Positions 13,501-26,500 of a stretch of DNA of 64,000 nt are shown here, one piece after another. The position numbers and the translations under genes are program-made. The DNA lies in the NCBI GenBank assembly GCA_040954595.2, contig CM082578.2, positions 2,834,831 through 2,898,830 of the forward strand, given 5' to 3'. This stretch comes from Balanoglossus misakiensis. Taxonomy: Eukaryota > Animalia > Hemichordata. Every line of letters begins with the position of its first letter. The stretch's first letter is position 1. The notes beneath the pieces are model-generated. The model had not been told where the DNA came from. It was given only the letters and a program-made list of their open reading frames with translations, and ran no database searches.

Positions 13501-14039
13501 TCTATGAGAAGGGAGTAAATAGGCCAACAAACAACTTCGGAGTGGCCAAAATGGAAGTGCCCCCCCCCCCCAAATAAAAAATGATGAAGGGGCCCTATAA
13601 TTTGCACCCTATTATTTTTGGCCAGGTGGGTCCCCTCCAAAGCAAAAACAACAAAAACAAATTAATTGTAGCCAAAATTCCCATGATGATAGAGTAAATA
13701 GGTGAACAAATATCCTCGAGTGACCAAACAGAAGAGACCCCCCCCCCAAAAAAAAATGATGGAGGGGCCCTAAAAATTGCACCCCATGATTTTTGGGTAG
13801 TTGGGTCCCCATTGAAGCCAAACAGCAAAAAAATCAATTTTAGCACAAAAATCCTACGGGAATACACATCATACCACAAAACGGAAGTACCCCCCCCCCC
13901 CTCAGAAAAATATGATGGAGGGGCCCTTAAAATTGCACCCCATCATTTTCGGGTAGTTGGGTCCCCATAGAAGCCAAAACAAAAAAAAAAATCAATTTTA
14001 GCACAAAAATCCTACGGGAATACACATCATACCACACTA
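10548..14039 (+). mobile_element. Non-autonomous Academ-type DNA transposon with tandem-repeat TIRs
   Basis: TGA|TAGTGCGGTATG...CATACCACACTA|TGA gives TAG/CTA termini and a 3-bp TSD. TIRs are built from ~154-bp tandem units (10580, 10734, 10886, 11043; inverted at ~13550-14039). Contains a Cys8 remnant. Confidence 0.85.
12614..12897 (+). pseudogene. C-terminal remnant of Academ transposase (Cys8 finger)
   Basis: LPPIEKNGWKSENGVFYPV...PAPKAVLELIKCGCKAGCRGRCSCSKNDLPCTPLCKC is a typical Academ C-terminus. It lies inside element 10548-14039. Confidence 0.7.
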
Positions 14040-14323
14040 TGAGGTTGACATAAGGTACATGCATACACATTTCAGCATTCATACATTCAAATAAAATTGA
14101 ATCTTAGTTTAAAATGTGGCTTGCTTTATCCCTGGAATTGAATTTAACCTTGTGCATAACTTCTGACACTTTCAGACAGTTGATATTTTATTATATTCAA
14201 AAAGATTGCTTTTTTAAGAATTTACATACCATTACCCATGCATGACAGTTTGTGAAAGAGGTTACACAAAATAAAGATCTCGCTTGGCCATAACTCAGTT
14301 CATGTTTATTCCCTCTGAACATG

Positions 14324-14721
14324 CTGTAAAACATGTTATTTTCGCGAGTTGAAATTTTCGCGATATTGAGAGAGGCCACTGTTACGCGAGTATTAATTTT
14401 CGCGTTGTCATACTGCATCATTATCTCCGAAAAACTACCAGTGGACACTTATTTGTAGCAAGATTCTTGGCCACATACCACAATGTTCAAACACATTACA
14501 CGATGTGTAGCAAAATTATGAAACCTCAACCATTTTAATAAATTACCTGCACTTTCAAACTGAAAACATTTTGTTGCGTGCATGTTTGACTATTGTTCTA
14601 TTACTAGTATTTACCACATTGTTCTTTCACAACTATATTTACACGTGTCTTTATTTTTGCATTTTTGGTTCTCGCGTATTTCGCATAAATTGTTTGCTCC
14701 CGAAAATAATATGTTTTACAG
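14324..14721. mobile_element. MITE (CTGTA...TACAG termini, TA-type; Tc1/mariner-pogo-like)
   Basis: TIR ctgtaaaacatgttattttcgcgag / ctcccgaaaataatatgttttacag|ta. A related inverted copy lies at 62822-63028. Confidence 0.65.
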
Positions 14722-15141
14722 TATTGTTATCAACAAGTATTAGTGGAATTTGCCAATTTAAATGCTGTTAAGGGAGAAGTATACTGCTATTAGTATCCGA
14801 CGTCAATGAATGCACTAGGCTATGCTGATTTTTGTCACAGGCCAAGCAAAAGAAAGGCCGGATGGATGGCAGTACAATCATGTTTTGGCACTGTCACCCC
14901 TATTTCCCTCAAAAGAGGCACAACTTCATCAAAGAAAATAACTGATTTGTACCAAACTATGTCAGTGACGGGGTTAACTAACATACATCAAAACTCTTCT
15001 CACATACTTTCCTGAATTAAAGTGCGTGAAACTTGGTTTGGTGTATCCCCTACTGCATTCATTGAAGTTGCCTATTGAGTAATGTCTGTGTCATAAAGAA
15101 TATAAAATCTGAGAAAACAGAAAATAAACAGATGAACCCAC

Positions 15142-15729
15142 CGCAAACCACATCATGTCTCTCAGAAACACCACCTTCAATGTTGAGACCAGATATATCC
15201 CAAGCAAAGACATCACCAAAGGCGGAGCAGTCTCGTGCCACTTGATAAATTTCCGTGCAACACAGAACACGGGACCACAAGTTGAATGCTGTGATTTGAC
15301 CCAGCAGTGCTTCATTTGGATCCATTTCTCCTCCAACTGTGTCTTGCTCCTGTCCCAAGACTAAACTTCCACCGCCAGTAACCGTTTGGCCTCTGCTCAA
15401 ACCAGAACCAGATCCATACAATTCACCATTATCATAACACCTCCAGATACCCTCACTTGAAGACCATGTGACACACACATGATGCCATTCACCATCATCA
15501 ACCCTCAACGCAGGTACTTGCACCTTGTTTTTGATATGGACACGCAAGCTTCGTGTGTCATACAGGAGTAATTCATTGTCCTGACCTAAAACAGCATAGG
15601 ATACAAGAGTTCCTACTCTTCCAGCAACACTAGTCTTTACCCACAGACATACTGTGAAGGCAGACATTGATGGTATTGTTTTCTTCACAGTAACTAGGGT
15701 ATTCCGGCTCTCCAAATCCAAAGTTTCGC
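15142..15729 (-). CDS. Receptor gene exon 5, pentraxin (LamG-like) domain
   Basis: AFTVCLWVK...TLVSYAV..QDNELL...WHHVCVTWSSSEG...LVLGQEQDTVGG...FNLWSRVL includes the HxCxTWxS signature. 588 nt phase 1-1 exon (ccacag / gtgggt). Confidence 0.92.
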
Positions 15730-16322
15730 CTGTGGTAAATAAATACATGACATCATGTCATTTATAACAATTCTATTCTCAACAATGCTACAAATATACG
15801 ACATTCCCCTATCTACAAATATAGTACATTGCACAACACATATAGGACCTTGCATATGTCATAAATATGTTGCTCAGACTTGACCAGGTACGATGTGGTA
15901 CGTGGTAGCAAAAATGAGTATCTAGGACATAAAGCAAGTGACATATTATTTTAGTTTGCAAAAAGGTATAAGTGTATGTCCAACATGTTGTAGTTTTGAA
16001 ACAAAGTAACACAAATCAATGAAACCAAGATCAATTACAAGTGGACAATGCCAGACCACTTGACACATCTTGGTATTGATGGTCTATTTGAATAACAGAC
16101 TCCTACAACTGTGCACAGGACTTTTTAAAGTATTTCTTTATATGTATCAGTTTCCATTGTAGATAACTATGACTAATTTCAAATTGTTTGACAGTCTGTG
16201 TGTACATGTGGGCTAGCATATGCAAGTGTGTGTTGTCCATATTTTGTAACTGCCAACAGTGGTAAATGTTGCCTGTGTGTCCATTATTACAAGCATGCGC
16301 ACTTTCGCCTTTGTAGCCTTAC

Positions 16323-16504
16323 CCCAACAGGTAACACCCACGTCCTCAGTATGGTCGCAGTTGGTCTCACCCCAGGGTAAGTGGGGGCATTCGTTAAGGT
16401 ACCTCTCTGTGCCGACACATTGGACGTCATCCAACCAGATCTTACCACTACCTTGTCCAAACAATTGTGTTGCTTTGAGTGCAAAGCGGGGATGGTCACA
16501 ATTA
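16323..16504 (-). CDS. Receptor gene exon 4, SRCR domain 2 C-terminal half
   Basis: [45 protein letters not shown]. 182 nt, phase 2 to 1 (tttacag / gtaagg). Confidence 0.9.
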
Positions 16505-17928
16505 CTGTAAATCCACCGGAAAATTAAAACAACTGTCAGTACCACTTGATCAATACTTTCATAAAAGGCAGGAAAGTGCCTATTTTATTGCATATGTCTC
16601 GATGCATATGCATATGGTCCCCTAACTCAAGGGATGTTACAACCAATAACATATTAACAAACTGGTAACGTAGTAATTTGTCCTATCCGATCACGTATCA
16701 AGTCATCTGATCAACAGATAGACAGAGAGAACAGATAGCAAGATAGACATATATACATATATATATATGTATAATTACACATAAGTTACACAAAGCTCTG
16801 TCACTGTATTTGAGGTAGTGTTTACATTAAGATGTTGTGGTATTTATACAATTGTTTTGGCCACGACCTTTTGGGTTATTAACACTTAAAAACTGCATGA
16901 AAGTGGAAACATTGATTACGTCAATGATGTTACTAATGAGAGAATCAAGATGTCACTTTCCATTTAGTTTATTGGATGGTATCGGGATCACGCAAATACT
17001 GGACACTATAAGGTTTGCCTATTCAGAACTTTATCAATTCGGATTTAAAAACATGTGTGTTGTAACACTTCTTACTGTTGCAATGGTGTATGTTGACTAC
17101 AACAATGTTGTGCTTGAATAAGTCTCTATTTTAGTAGATCCTAGTACATCTCTTTGATACCCCTGGGCGAGAGCAGTAGCACATGGTGATATTAAAGCTG
17201 TAACACTATCGATCTGTCCATCTATAAGTTGATCGGTTGATTTGATACAATTATATTTATATCTTCTATAGCACACTATATAATAGTATAAAATCTCAAT
17301 GCGCTTTACATCACTTGCAGATAATAAAAAAATACACTAAAAATAATTACTTACATGATATGTTATCGTTAAATGTGTTGATATGTTATCGGTTAGGAAA
17401 ATGTACTATGTAATCGGTAAACTTTACTATGTTATCAGGGTTGATACATTATAGGCTTTAACAGGGCATAGTGCAAAACCAATACATTTGACTCAAATTA
17501 TAAGGCAACACCCGGGAATGTAGAGGGCTGGTGAATATTATATTGACAAGTTGCCAAGGCTACAATGAACCTTACCTGGCGAGGTATATAATCCTTTTTC
17601 ATTTCATTGTCTTAGTACAATGGTGTGTGGGGCTTAGCGCAGAGGCCATTTGCCTGTCGCGAGGGCACATAAACAATGCATTCAGAAACTACGTGTATAT
17701 TTAATAACATCTCTAGGGGTACATTTGATCAAAATTGCCACTGAGGGTGCTATTATGAGCCCTTTCTCAAATATTGACTGACTTCCATAGCAAGAAATTT
17801 AAGCCAGCGGGAAATTAATTACACGTCCCCAGTGCCTGTTATGGTGTATCATGCAGAGAGATTCAACGTATTGTAAGTATAACTACCTCAAACAGGATTT
17901 AGGACTTAAATGAATTATCCATACTCAC

Positions 17929-18067
17929 GTGATTCCAAGCTGTCGACCAACTACATTTGCATGAACATCAGTGAAATTATCATTGCAAACTGTGCCCCAC
18001 TCGCCATCATGGTACACTTCAATCCGCCCTACATAGGACTGATGTCCGTCAACCAACCGGATGGGAA
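17929..18067 (-). CDS. Receptor gene exon 3, SRCR domain 2 N-terminal half (absent from the ORF track)
   Basis: PIRLVDGHQSYVGRIEVYHDGEWGTVCNDNFTDVHANVVGRQLGI. 139 nt, phase 1 to 2 (tttcag / GTGAGT). Confidence 0.9.
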
Positions 18068-18087
18068 CTGAAATATGAATGGTTCAG

Positions 18088-18545
<458 letters not shown>

Positions 18546-18989
18546 TCACATGCGTCCCATAGACAGTACATAACACTGTTTCTTATAATCACTTCCTCAA
18601 AGAAAATTGCCTCTTGTCACTCCATATGTATTTTAAAATGAAAGTAGTAATTCTATTATTTGAAAGATACTTTGACCATTTCATGTGACACAAAAGAGCT
18701 TAATTCAAGTTCATTGCCATAACAGCCTCTCATACCACGTTTTTCTGAATGCATGTTTTATTTGCATTATTTTGGGGAACACATTAATTTAGGAGTTCTT
18801 CAAATAATTCTTTGTCTTTTTTAATCTTGTATACTTTGCAAATGAAATGACAATTTCATTCAATCAAGCAGTGTTTATGGTCACGGTTTTTATGGCCACC
18901 AGCGATTTTTCAATAACATTGAATATTTACAGAGGTCATAACTCAAAGTACACTGTATAATCTTGTGAGTATAAATATGCAAACCCAAA

Positions 18990-19071
18990 TGCGTACAATT
19001 ACACTTATCTACATAACACAATATAGTTTTTGCGTACAATTACACTTATCTACATAACACAATATAGTTTT
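18990..19071. repeat. 41-bp tandem duplication
   Basis: tgcgtacaattacacttatctacataacacaatatagtttt occurs twice. Confidence 0.9.
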
Positions 19072-19283
19072 TTTTTCTTTATTTCATTTTATTTTGTTTG
19101 TTTTAAGTTGTCGCTACAATGTGGGCTTAATATACTATAAAACGAAGAGTGGTATATTATCATTCTTAGTTTCGTTCTCATTCTACTGGAATATCATTGT
19201 AACATAGGCAATACCTATCTTTCCTGTTGAAACATGGACGTTTTATTTTTCTTAAAATGTGTGCAGTCATTTTCTGTACCCAC

Positions 19284-19434
19284 CTGATTTCTAATTGTCG
19301 AGCAACAACTTCTGCATCGACTTCAGTGAAATAATCATCACAAACTGTCCCCCAAGATCCACCATTATAAACTTCAATCCGACCCTCCTTCGCAGTGGAA
19401 CCACCAACTAAACGGACATCGGCATGGCTTGAAA
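19284..19434 (-). CDS. Receptor gene first visible exon, SRCR domain 1 N-terminal half
   Basis: [49 protein letters not shown]. 151 nt, phase 1 to 2 (tttcag / gtgggt), so an upstream phase-1 exon is required. Confidence 0.9.
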
Positions 19435-20208
19435 CTGAAACATAAATCATCACTTTATTGATGTTGTGCAACTTTTGATACAACACTGATACAAAATGGT
19501 TTGATAAGAATACATCACACTAAACACACCCTCTTGTGTTAACAGATATCTTTTTGAAACTTGGAACAATATCACTCCATTTCTTGTATGCTGAGGTGAT
19601 GAAAAAATCAATGGTCAGTACATTGCTTCTTAGCAGCTCGGACAGTTTTCATTTTATTTTGATTCCGCGTATCCACTTAAGTTTCTTGCTCTGCTCCATA
19701 CAACATGGTGATACGATATTAGCTCAATTGTCATCATAACCTTAGTTTCATTTGCTTTGTTGACGAGCTGGATTCTGCATATTCTCTAGTGAGTATAAAG
19801 GGTACACAATATGTGGAACACAATCATCTGTTAATCAATCGTAAAGCTGGTCTTTACCAAGTGTTTACAGCATTTTGCATCATTGTAATCTAATGCCCTT
19901 TTATGCCATATTTTGTGTGTTCAAATGCTATATATAAGTACAAACTTTTATCCATTTGTTTTGTAAATTCATCTTACATTGAGATTCATCGCACCTGCAA
20001 CGCAAGTCGACTGAAACATGTTTTTAATTATCGGCGCGCCCGATTTTTATCAGGCTGACTCACTGAGCATGTAACAGAATTTGCAACATTGTTCGTGTTG
20101 AAGCAGACACAAAGTCTCGGATTACATTACAGCACAGTACATTACATTACAGAGTAAATTTACGACCAAGACAAGTTAGAAAATCAAAAACTCAAAAACT
20201 TTGTGATG

Positions 20209-20590
20209 AACAAGCGACCTAGGGCCCATAGAGCTCCTCTGTAATGGGTTGCAGGAACGATTAGGTAACCAGTTAGCAGGATTTATATGCAGGTTATGAT
20301 GAGAAGCTGAATATTCAACAAGCCAACATAGGTAGGGAGTAGCATAAGAAAGTGCGGAGGATAGACATACACACATGGCTGAGCCAAAACATAAAAATAT
20401 GCAAATTTAACCACAATTTGAACAATAAGGTCACCCCAAGGAAGCTGCATACCAATTTTTCAAACAATTGGACCAGCGGTTTCAATGAAGAAGACAAATG
20501 AAGAAAAATGTTGAAAGACAACGGACAGACGACGACGGGCAGTCCACCTATCTGATAAGCTCCGCATCTCTGACAGCAGAGCTAATAAAA
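20209..20590 (-). mobile_element. Short Helentron-like element, HINE family 3
   Basis: On the minus strand: T-rich start, hairpin agctctgc...gcggagct, (GTC/GTCC)n tract, then 3' gagctc plus a small stem-loop and cttgtt end. Confidence 0.55.
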
Positions 20591-20622
20591 TCAGCACGGC
20601 AAAATGTGTGTGATTCCCATTA

Positions 20623-22690
20623 GGCTGGGCAAATTCAAAATAATGTTTGACGTCAGCGCGCGCCTAGGTTTACGAGAAATTTCGCAAATACAAACAATTA
20701 TGCAAATGAGGTCAAACGGGTCATGATGTCATATGTCTGTTCGTCTCACTGTGTTCTCGACCGTGGTTGTTGCGCGACAAGGACGTGTCGTCTGTAGGTT
20801 TATTTTGGGTCGCGTGTGGGTAAAATTGGACAAAGATGGCAAAAGATGTTCAGAAAACGAGAGTATGCGAAATTATAAGTTGCAGAGTTACACAGAACAA
20901 GAAGGTGGCAATGGATTGGTATGCCTTCGAAGTCAGTCCAAATGACAGCTTCGCTGCGCTGTACAAAGGGCTAGTTCTCGTTATTCAGACTAAACACGAT
21001 CGGTTCGAAACAAAAATGGCAAAAGATTGCATAACGTCTTGTTACCTGATACAGTCGGAAAAAAAGTGGTGAAGATGAGAAGATAGAGGTGTGTCCACGA
21101 TTGTCTATTGCAAAAACGTGTGATCGATTCCATAAGTACTACATTCTTTTCGATGTAAAATCAAAGGGAGACGAAAATACCAACACTGACCTAGTGCAAA
21201 CTCAGAACGATGTTTATAGAACAGTCGGAATCATGGAGGTACCTCCATGGTCAGAATGACAGGTGATTCAAGGTTGTCCATGTGATCCCAGGTTAGTAAA
21301 ACATTATTTTATTTATAATTGTGTTGTATGTCTGTGAATAAATGTTGTGTATGACTAAACTGCAGCCCAGAAAAAGTTGTCAGAGCCATTTTGTTGCATT
21401 CCACATATAAACTGAAAACTAATTTGCTAAATAAATTTTGTTTGAGTAGAATTACAAACTCTGATTTTTGTGTCATTTAGTAGCACAGAACTTGGCACTA
21501 TTCTGTTATAACTCTACAGCTCTGCCTGTTGTGGTGTTGGCCTAAGTAAGTACAGTTTATGCTGTAGTACCTGTAAAGGTCATGTAAACCTCCATTTAAT
21601 TTGTACTTTTTTCTTTGCAATAGATCCTGTTCCGGATGAAAGTGGGGACCACTTTGAAAGGTTTACAGAAGTCTAAGGCAAACCAACACATGAAATTTAT
21701 TGCCCCAGCAGAAAGGGACTGGTACTTGGTGCAGAAAACATCAACTTCAGACTGAGTGGTGAAAAGTTCGAGCTGTGGACTTGTGCCCTGCATAAACTGC
21801 AAAAAGCTCAGGTATGGTAAAGCATTGTACACAGTACTATATTCGACATTTTGATATCCATTGTAAATTGGATATTTTTTTCTCATTTGTCTATTAACCA
21901 CACTGCAAGCCATACAATGTAGTAAACACTGTGTATTGTGAAAAAAGTGAAGAGAAAGGAACTGAACCTTGTACACTAAGACATTAACAGTGTCTTGTTA
22001 TGTGTTTTCTATGTACATGTACATGTACATGTATATTAAAAAATAATACAACTAAGACTTCTCCGTTTTTCATTTCTCTTTGATAGGTGTATTTATCTGC
22101 AAAGAGGCTTGATTCACAGCAAAAACACAACAACTTCAGGTACTCCTAGATGATGGTCTTTATATCTGTGGTGGGGTACGAGTACAACCAGGTCATCCTC
22201 TCTATGGAACGTGTGTTGTGAGCCAGAATCAGAGTTAAATTTGTTAAATTTTCAACTGTTAAATTTTCAACTGTTCCAATTTGCCAGAAAATGTTGTGTT
22301 TTGACTGTTGTCATGAGCAAGTTGAGCAGTACAGATGGATTTCATCAAATGGAAATTGTGACTGTCAAGGTGTTTGGCTGAAACTTTTTCAATAAAATAT
22401 TGTTCAACTGATATATGCGTATGTGCATTAATATTGAATTTACTGTTTTACTCAGTATCTTTGAACGTGACACTGTAAACGTCTGTGGAATAATTTAGAT
22501 GTAAAATATGTTTTTAAGTTTAAGGACAAGGGTTTTCTTCAATGGATATTTGCTTTCAATTTCTCATAATATCTCATTTGCATATTTTGGAATATATAAT
22601 TAGTTTGTTTTGTAAACCGCCCCCCCCCCCCCCCATCATAGGTTTTGGATCTTGGGGTGACGTCAAACATAGTTTTGAATTTGCGCAGCC
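20623..22690 (+). mobile_element. Defective Zator-like DNA transposon
   Basis: TTA|GGCTGGGCAAATTCAAAATAATGTTTGACGTCA ... TGACGTCAAACATAGTTTTGAATTTGCGCAGCC|TTA gives GG..CC termini, ~33-bp TIR and a TWA TSD, with internal transposase remnants. PIF/Harbinger is the alternative on termini alone. Confidence 0.7.
21624..22235 (+). pseudogene. Spliced C-terminal transposase remnant (Zator-like)
   Basis: Exon 21624-21811 reads DPVPDESGDHFERFTEV*GKPTHEIYCPS...CINCKKLR. A gt..ag intron follows, then an exon from 22087 reads CIY...GLYICGG..PGHPLYG. Stop and frameshifts are present. The family was recalled from the motif, not searched. Confidence 0.5.
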
Positions 22691-22840
22691 TTATTTTATA
22701 AATATATAAAAGACAAATCTTCATGAGTCACTGCTCTCCCAATTAAAAGGTTCAAACTTGGGTAATTGTTGAAAGTAAACATTTTGTGTTTTAAAATATG
22801 CTAACCTGTGCATGTGGCGTGTGTTCTCTTATACATGATT

Positions 22841-23300
22841 ATTATACCTCACGTATTATACCGTATTCGTGATTGGCTCGGAAGCCTCGCCCATGAATGT
22901 TTGGCTTTCCTCTTGCCCTCGCCCTTAAACAAACGTTAATGGTCAGGGCGTCGTCCATTATTTCTATATTTTACACCAAAATTGCAGCCAACAGGGCAGT
23001 ATCCTTAAAATTATTTGAGTTCGAAGTAGGTTTATGCAGCTACAATTCTTGGGAGATCGAGAAATTTTACATTCTCAGCAACGTACGACATGGACGTAAC
23101 CCTACGTTCTTCTATGCTGTAGTGTATGTACGTTCACATGTTCGGCGTAATAAAATTAATAACTCATGCTGCTCGGGCAACATCACGATTTGAAGCCTGC
23201 CCTCGGGCTAGTGCTCTCTGACCAAAATATTGATGATACCATCCCTCATTCAGGCTTCAAATCGTGACGTTTCCCTCGCTATCATGTGTCATTATTTATA
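22841..23300. mobile_element. Putative Crypton-like non-autonomous element
   Basis: gattggct near one end and a subterminal inverted repeat tcacgatttgaagcctg / caggcttcaaatcgtga at the other. No TIR pair; boundaries are approximate. Confidence 0.35.
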
Positions 23301-23515
23301 TACAACAGCCATGTTTTTTTCAGGTAGAGTGGGTTTCCCACAAATGTTTCACATTTGCACATTGCAGCATTAAAAACAACGTCTCAGTCAATTTTCGTTG
23401 CAGGTGCGATGATTTTTAGTGTAATGTCAACAATAAACATGTAGTTCGTTACGAACGGCTCCTATACTTACTTCACTGACTCAGTGGATCGCGCTGTATT
23501 GCATGAGTTGGGCTA

Positions 23516-26500
23516 TTATTAGGGCCCAAGCCAAGCCAGGCTTGGGCCCTATTGGTTTCGTTGGTATTTTTCAGTCTTTCTTTCTTTCTTTCTTTCTTTA
23601 TTCTTATGTCAATTCTTTGTCGCTCTAGATCTCAGACACCACTGCAGGTACAGTTTTCAAACTTGCTACAGTGGTCAAGGTCAATGAGTAGTCGTGCATT
23701 GAACCCATGAATTTTTAATTAGTCACGTGACCTGGCGGCCATATTGGATTTTCTGAAAAAATGCAAATCTCAGATCTCAGAAACTACATGTCAGATCGAC
23801 TTCAAATTTGGCGTGCAGGTAGACTACCTTCTGTCAATCATTTTTGTAATTGGAAATTATGCTGACAAAGTTGCAGTTTTTTTGCTACAATTTTTTTTCT
23901 GAAATCTGGCTTAAATTTCAAAAATCTTCTTCTCCAGAACCGGTGATAACCGAGACACGGGGTTTGGGGTATGTGGTCACCTAACTGATGTCTATCAAGT
24001 TTGCGAAGATCATTGTGATTGGTCGAAGATTACGGCGGCCATATTGGATTTTCGAAAAACCCTAGTAAAATAACAAAAATCTTCTTCTCAAGAACCGGAG
24101 ATAACTGAGTCACAATATTTGGTGTGTGTGGTCATTAAACAGATGTCTATCAAGTTTGCGAAGAGGAATGTGATTGGTCGAAGATTATGGCGGCCATATT
24201 GGATTTTGTGAAAAACGATTAAAAAGTAAAAATTCCCTTTCTAGCCTAAAAATTGATAGCACAGAAATTCTTTTTATGGATATGAATCATCATATGCCAA
24301 GAATATGCTATAAATATTTTGGTAATTTTGGCAATGACCTTTGACCTACTTTTGACGCATCATTTTTCTGCATATCTAATTCCAGGCTAACCTTTAAGGC
24401 TATCATTCTGGTTTTTGATGTATGTGGATTTGTATGTGATCAAAAAATTTTGCTACTTTTCATGACCCCTTTGACCTCTGCTGACCTCATTAAATATGCA
24501 CATACCTAATTACAGATGAACCAATAGACCTAGAGGTTTTGTTTTTGTTATACATGGACCAGTATGGGGTCAAAATATTTTGCCCAAATGTTGGGTGACC
24601 TCGGGTGACCTTTGACCTACTTAACACTATATCAGCATCAGATCAGATAATAGAGCTTGGGCCCGGACAATGCTGCTTGCAGCTTTAATTCTTTCTTTCT
24701 TTCTTTCTTTCTTTATTCTTGTGTCAATTCTTTGTCGCTCTAGATCTCAGACACCGCTGCAGGTACACTTCTCAAACTTTCTACAGTGGTCAAGGTCAAT
24801 GAGTAGTCGTGCATTGAACCCTTGAATTTTTAATTAGTCACGTGACCTGGCGGCCATATTGGATTTTCTGAAAAAATGCAAATCTCAGATCTCAGAAACT
24901 ACAAGTCAGATCGACTTCAAATTTGGTGTGCAGGTAGATTACATTCTGCCCATCATTTTTGTAATTGGAAATTATGCTGTCAATGTTGCAGTTTTTTTGC
25001 TACAATTTTTTTTCTGAAATCCGGCTTAAATTTCAAAAATCTTCTTCTCCAGAACCGGTGACAACCGAGACACGGGGTTTGGGGTATGTGGTCAACTATC
25101 TGATGTCTATCAAGTTTGCGAAAATCATTGTGATTGGTCGAAGATTATGGCGGCCATATTGGATTTTCGAAAAACCATAGTAAAACTTCAAAAATCTTCT
25201 TCTCAAGAACCGGCGATAATTGAGTCACAAGATTTGGGCAGTATGGTCACTATACTGATGTCTATCAAGTTTGCAAAGAGCATTGTGATTGGTCGAAGAT
25301 TATGGCGGCCATATTGGATTTTGCGAAAAACGATTAAAAAGTAAAAATTCCCTTTCTAGCCTAAAAATTGATAGCACAGAAATTATTTTTATGGATATGA
25401 ATCATCATATGACTACAATGTGCTATAAATATTTTGGTAATTTTGGCAATGACCTTTGACCTACTTTTGACGCATCATTTTTCTGCATATCTTATTCCAG
25501 GCTAATCAATAGGGCTATAAGTTTGGTTTTTGATGTATGTGGATTAATGTGTGATCAAAATATTTTGCTACTTTTCACGACCCCTTTGACCCCTGCTGAC
25601 CTCATTAATTATGTGCATAGCTAATTACAGACGAACCAATAGACCTAGAGGTTTTGTTTTTGTTGGACAGGACCAGTATGGGGTCAAATGTTTTTACCCA
25701 AATGTTGGGTGACCTCTGGTGACCTTTGACCTACTTTCGCAAATCTCAGCATCCAAAGCAGATACAGCCTTCGCGTTTGGAGGTATGGGGCCATAATGAA
25801 AAGCCAAAGTTTTGGGTCACCTGTGACAACTGCTTATTTATGTGCATACCTAATTCCGGGCTAACCAAAAGGGCTAGAGGTCTGGTTTTTGTTGGACATG
25901 GACCACTATGGGTCAAAATTTTCTGCCCAAATTGTGGGTGACCTCTGGGTGACCTTTGACCTACTTAAAACTATATCAGCACTAAACATAGATATAATCT
26001 TGATATTTCATGTGATAAAACACAACATTATGTTTCTACTCATTAATTATGTGCATATCTAATAATCAGATCAGATAATAGAGCTTGGGCCCGGACAATG
26101 CTGCTTGCAGCTTTAATTTCTTCTTCTTTCTTTATTCTTGTGTCAATTCTTTGTCGCTCTAGATCTCAGACACCGCTGCAGGTACACTTCTGAAACTTGC
26201 TACAGTGGTCAAGGTCAATGAGTAGTCGTGCATTGAACCTGTGAATTTTTAATTAGTCACGTGACCTGGCGGCCATCTTGGATTTTCTAAAAAAATGCAA
26301 ATCTCAGATCTCAGAAACTACAAGTCAGATCAACTTCAAATTTGGCATGCTGGTAGACTACCTTCTGCCAATCATTTTTGTAATTGGAAATTATGCTGAC
26401 AATGTTGCAGTTTTTTTGCTACAATTTTTTTTCTGAAATCTGGCTTAAATTTCAAAAATCTTCTTCTCCAGATCCGGTGATAACCGAGTCATGCGGTTTG

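Larger units (their letters stand above)
19977..23421. mobile_element. TA-flanked MITE with ~55-bp TIRs hosting three nested insertions
   Basis: TA|cattgagattcatcgcacctgcaacg ... cgttgcaggtgcgatgatttttagtg|TA. Confidence 0.7.

Noticed and set aside
14799-14828. DVNEC calcium-binding EGF-like start on the plus strand
   Set aside because: Stop after a few codons, opposite strand to the gene, and no EGF Cys pattern.
16695-17250. Degenerate inverted repeat, possible old MITE
   Set aside because: Too diverged to define termini or a TSD.
19520-19740. Candidate first exon of the receptor gene
   Set aside because: In-frame stop, no hydrophobic signal peptide, and donor phase incompatible.
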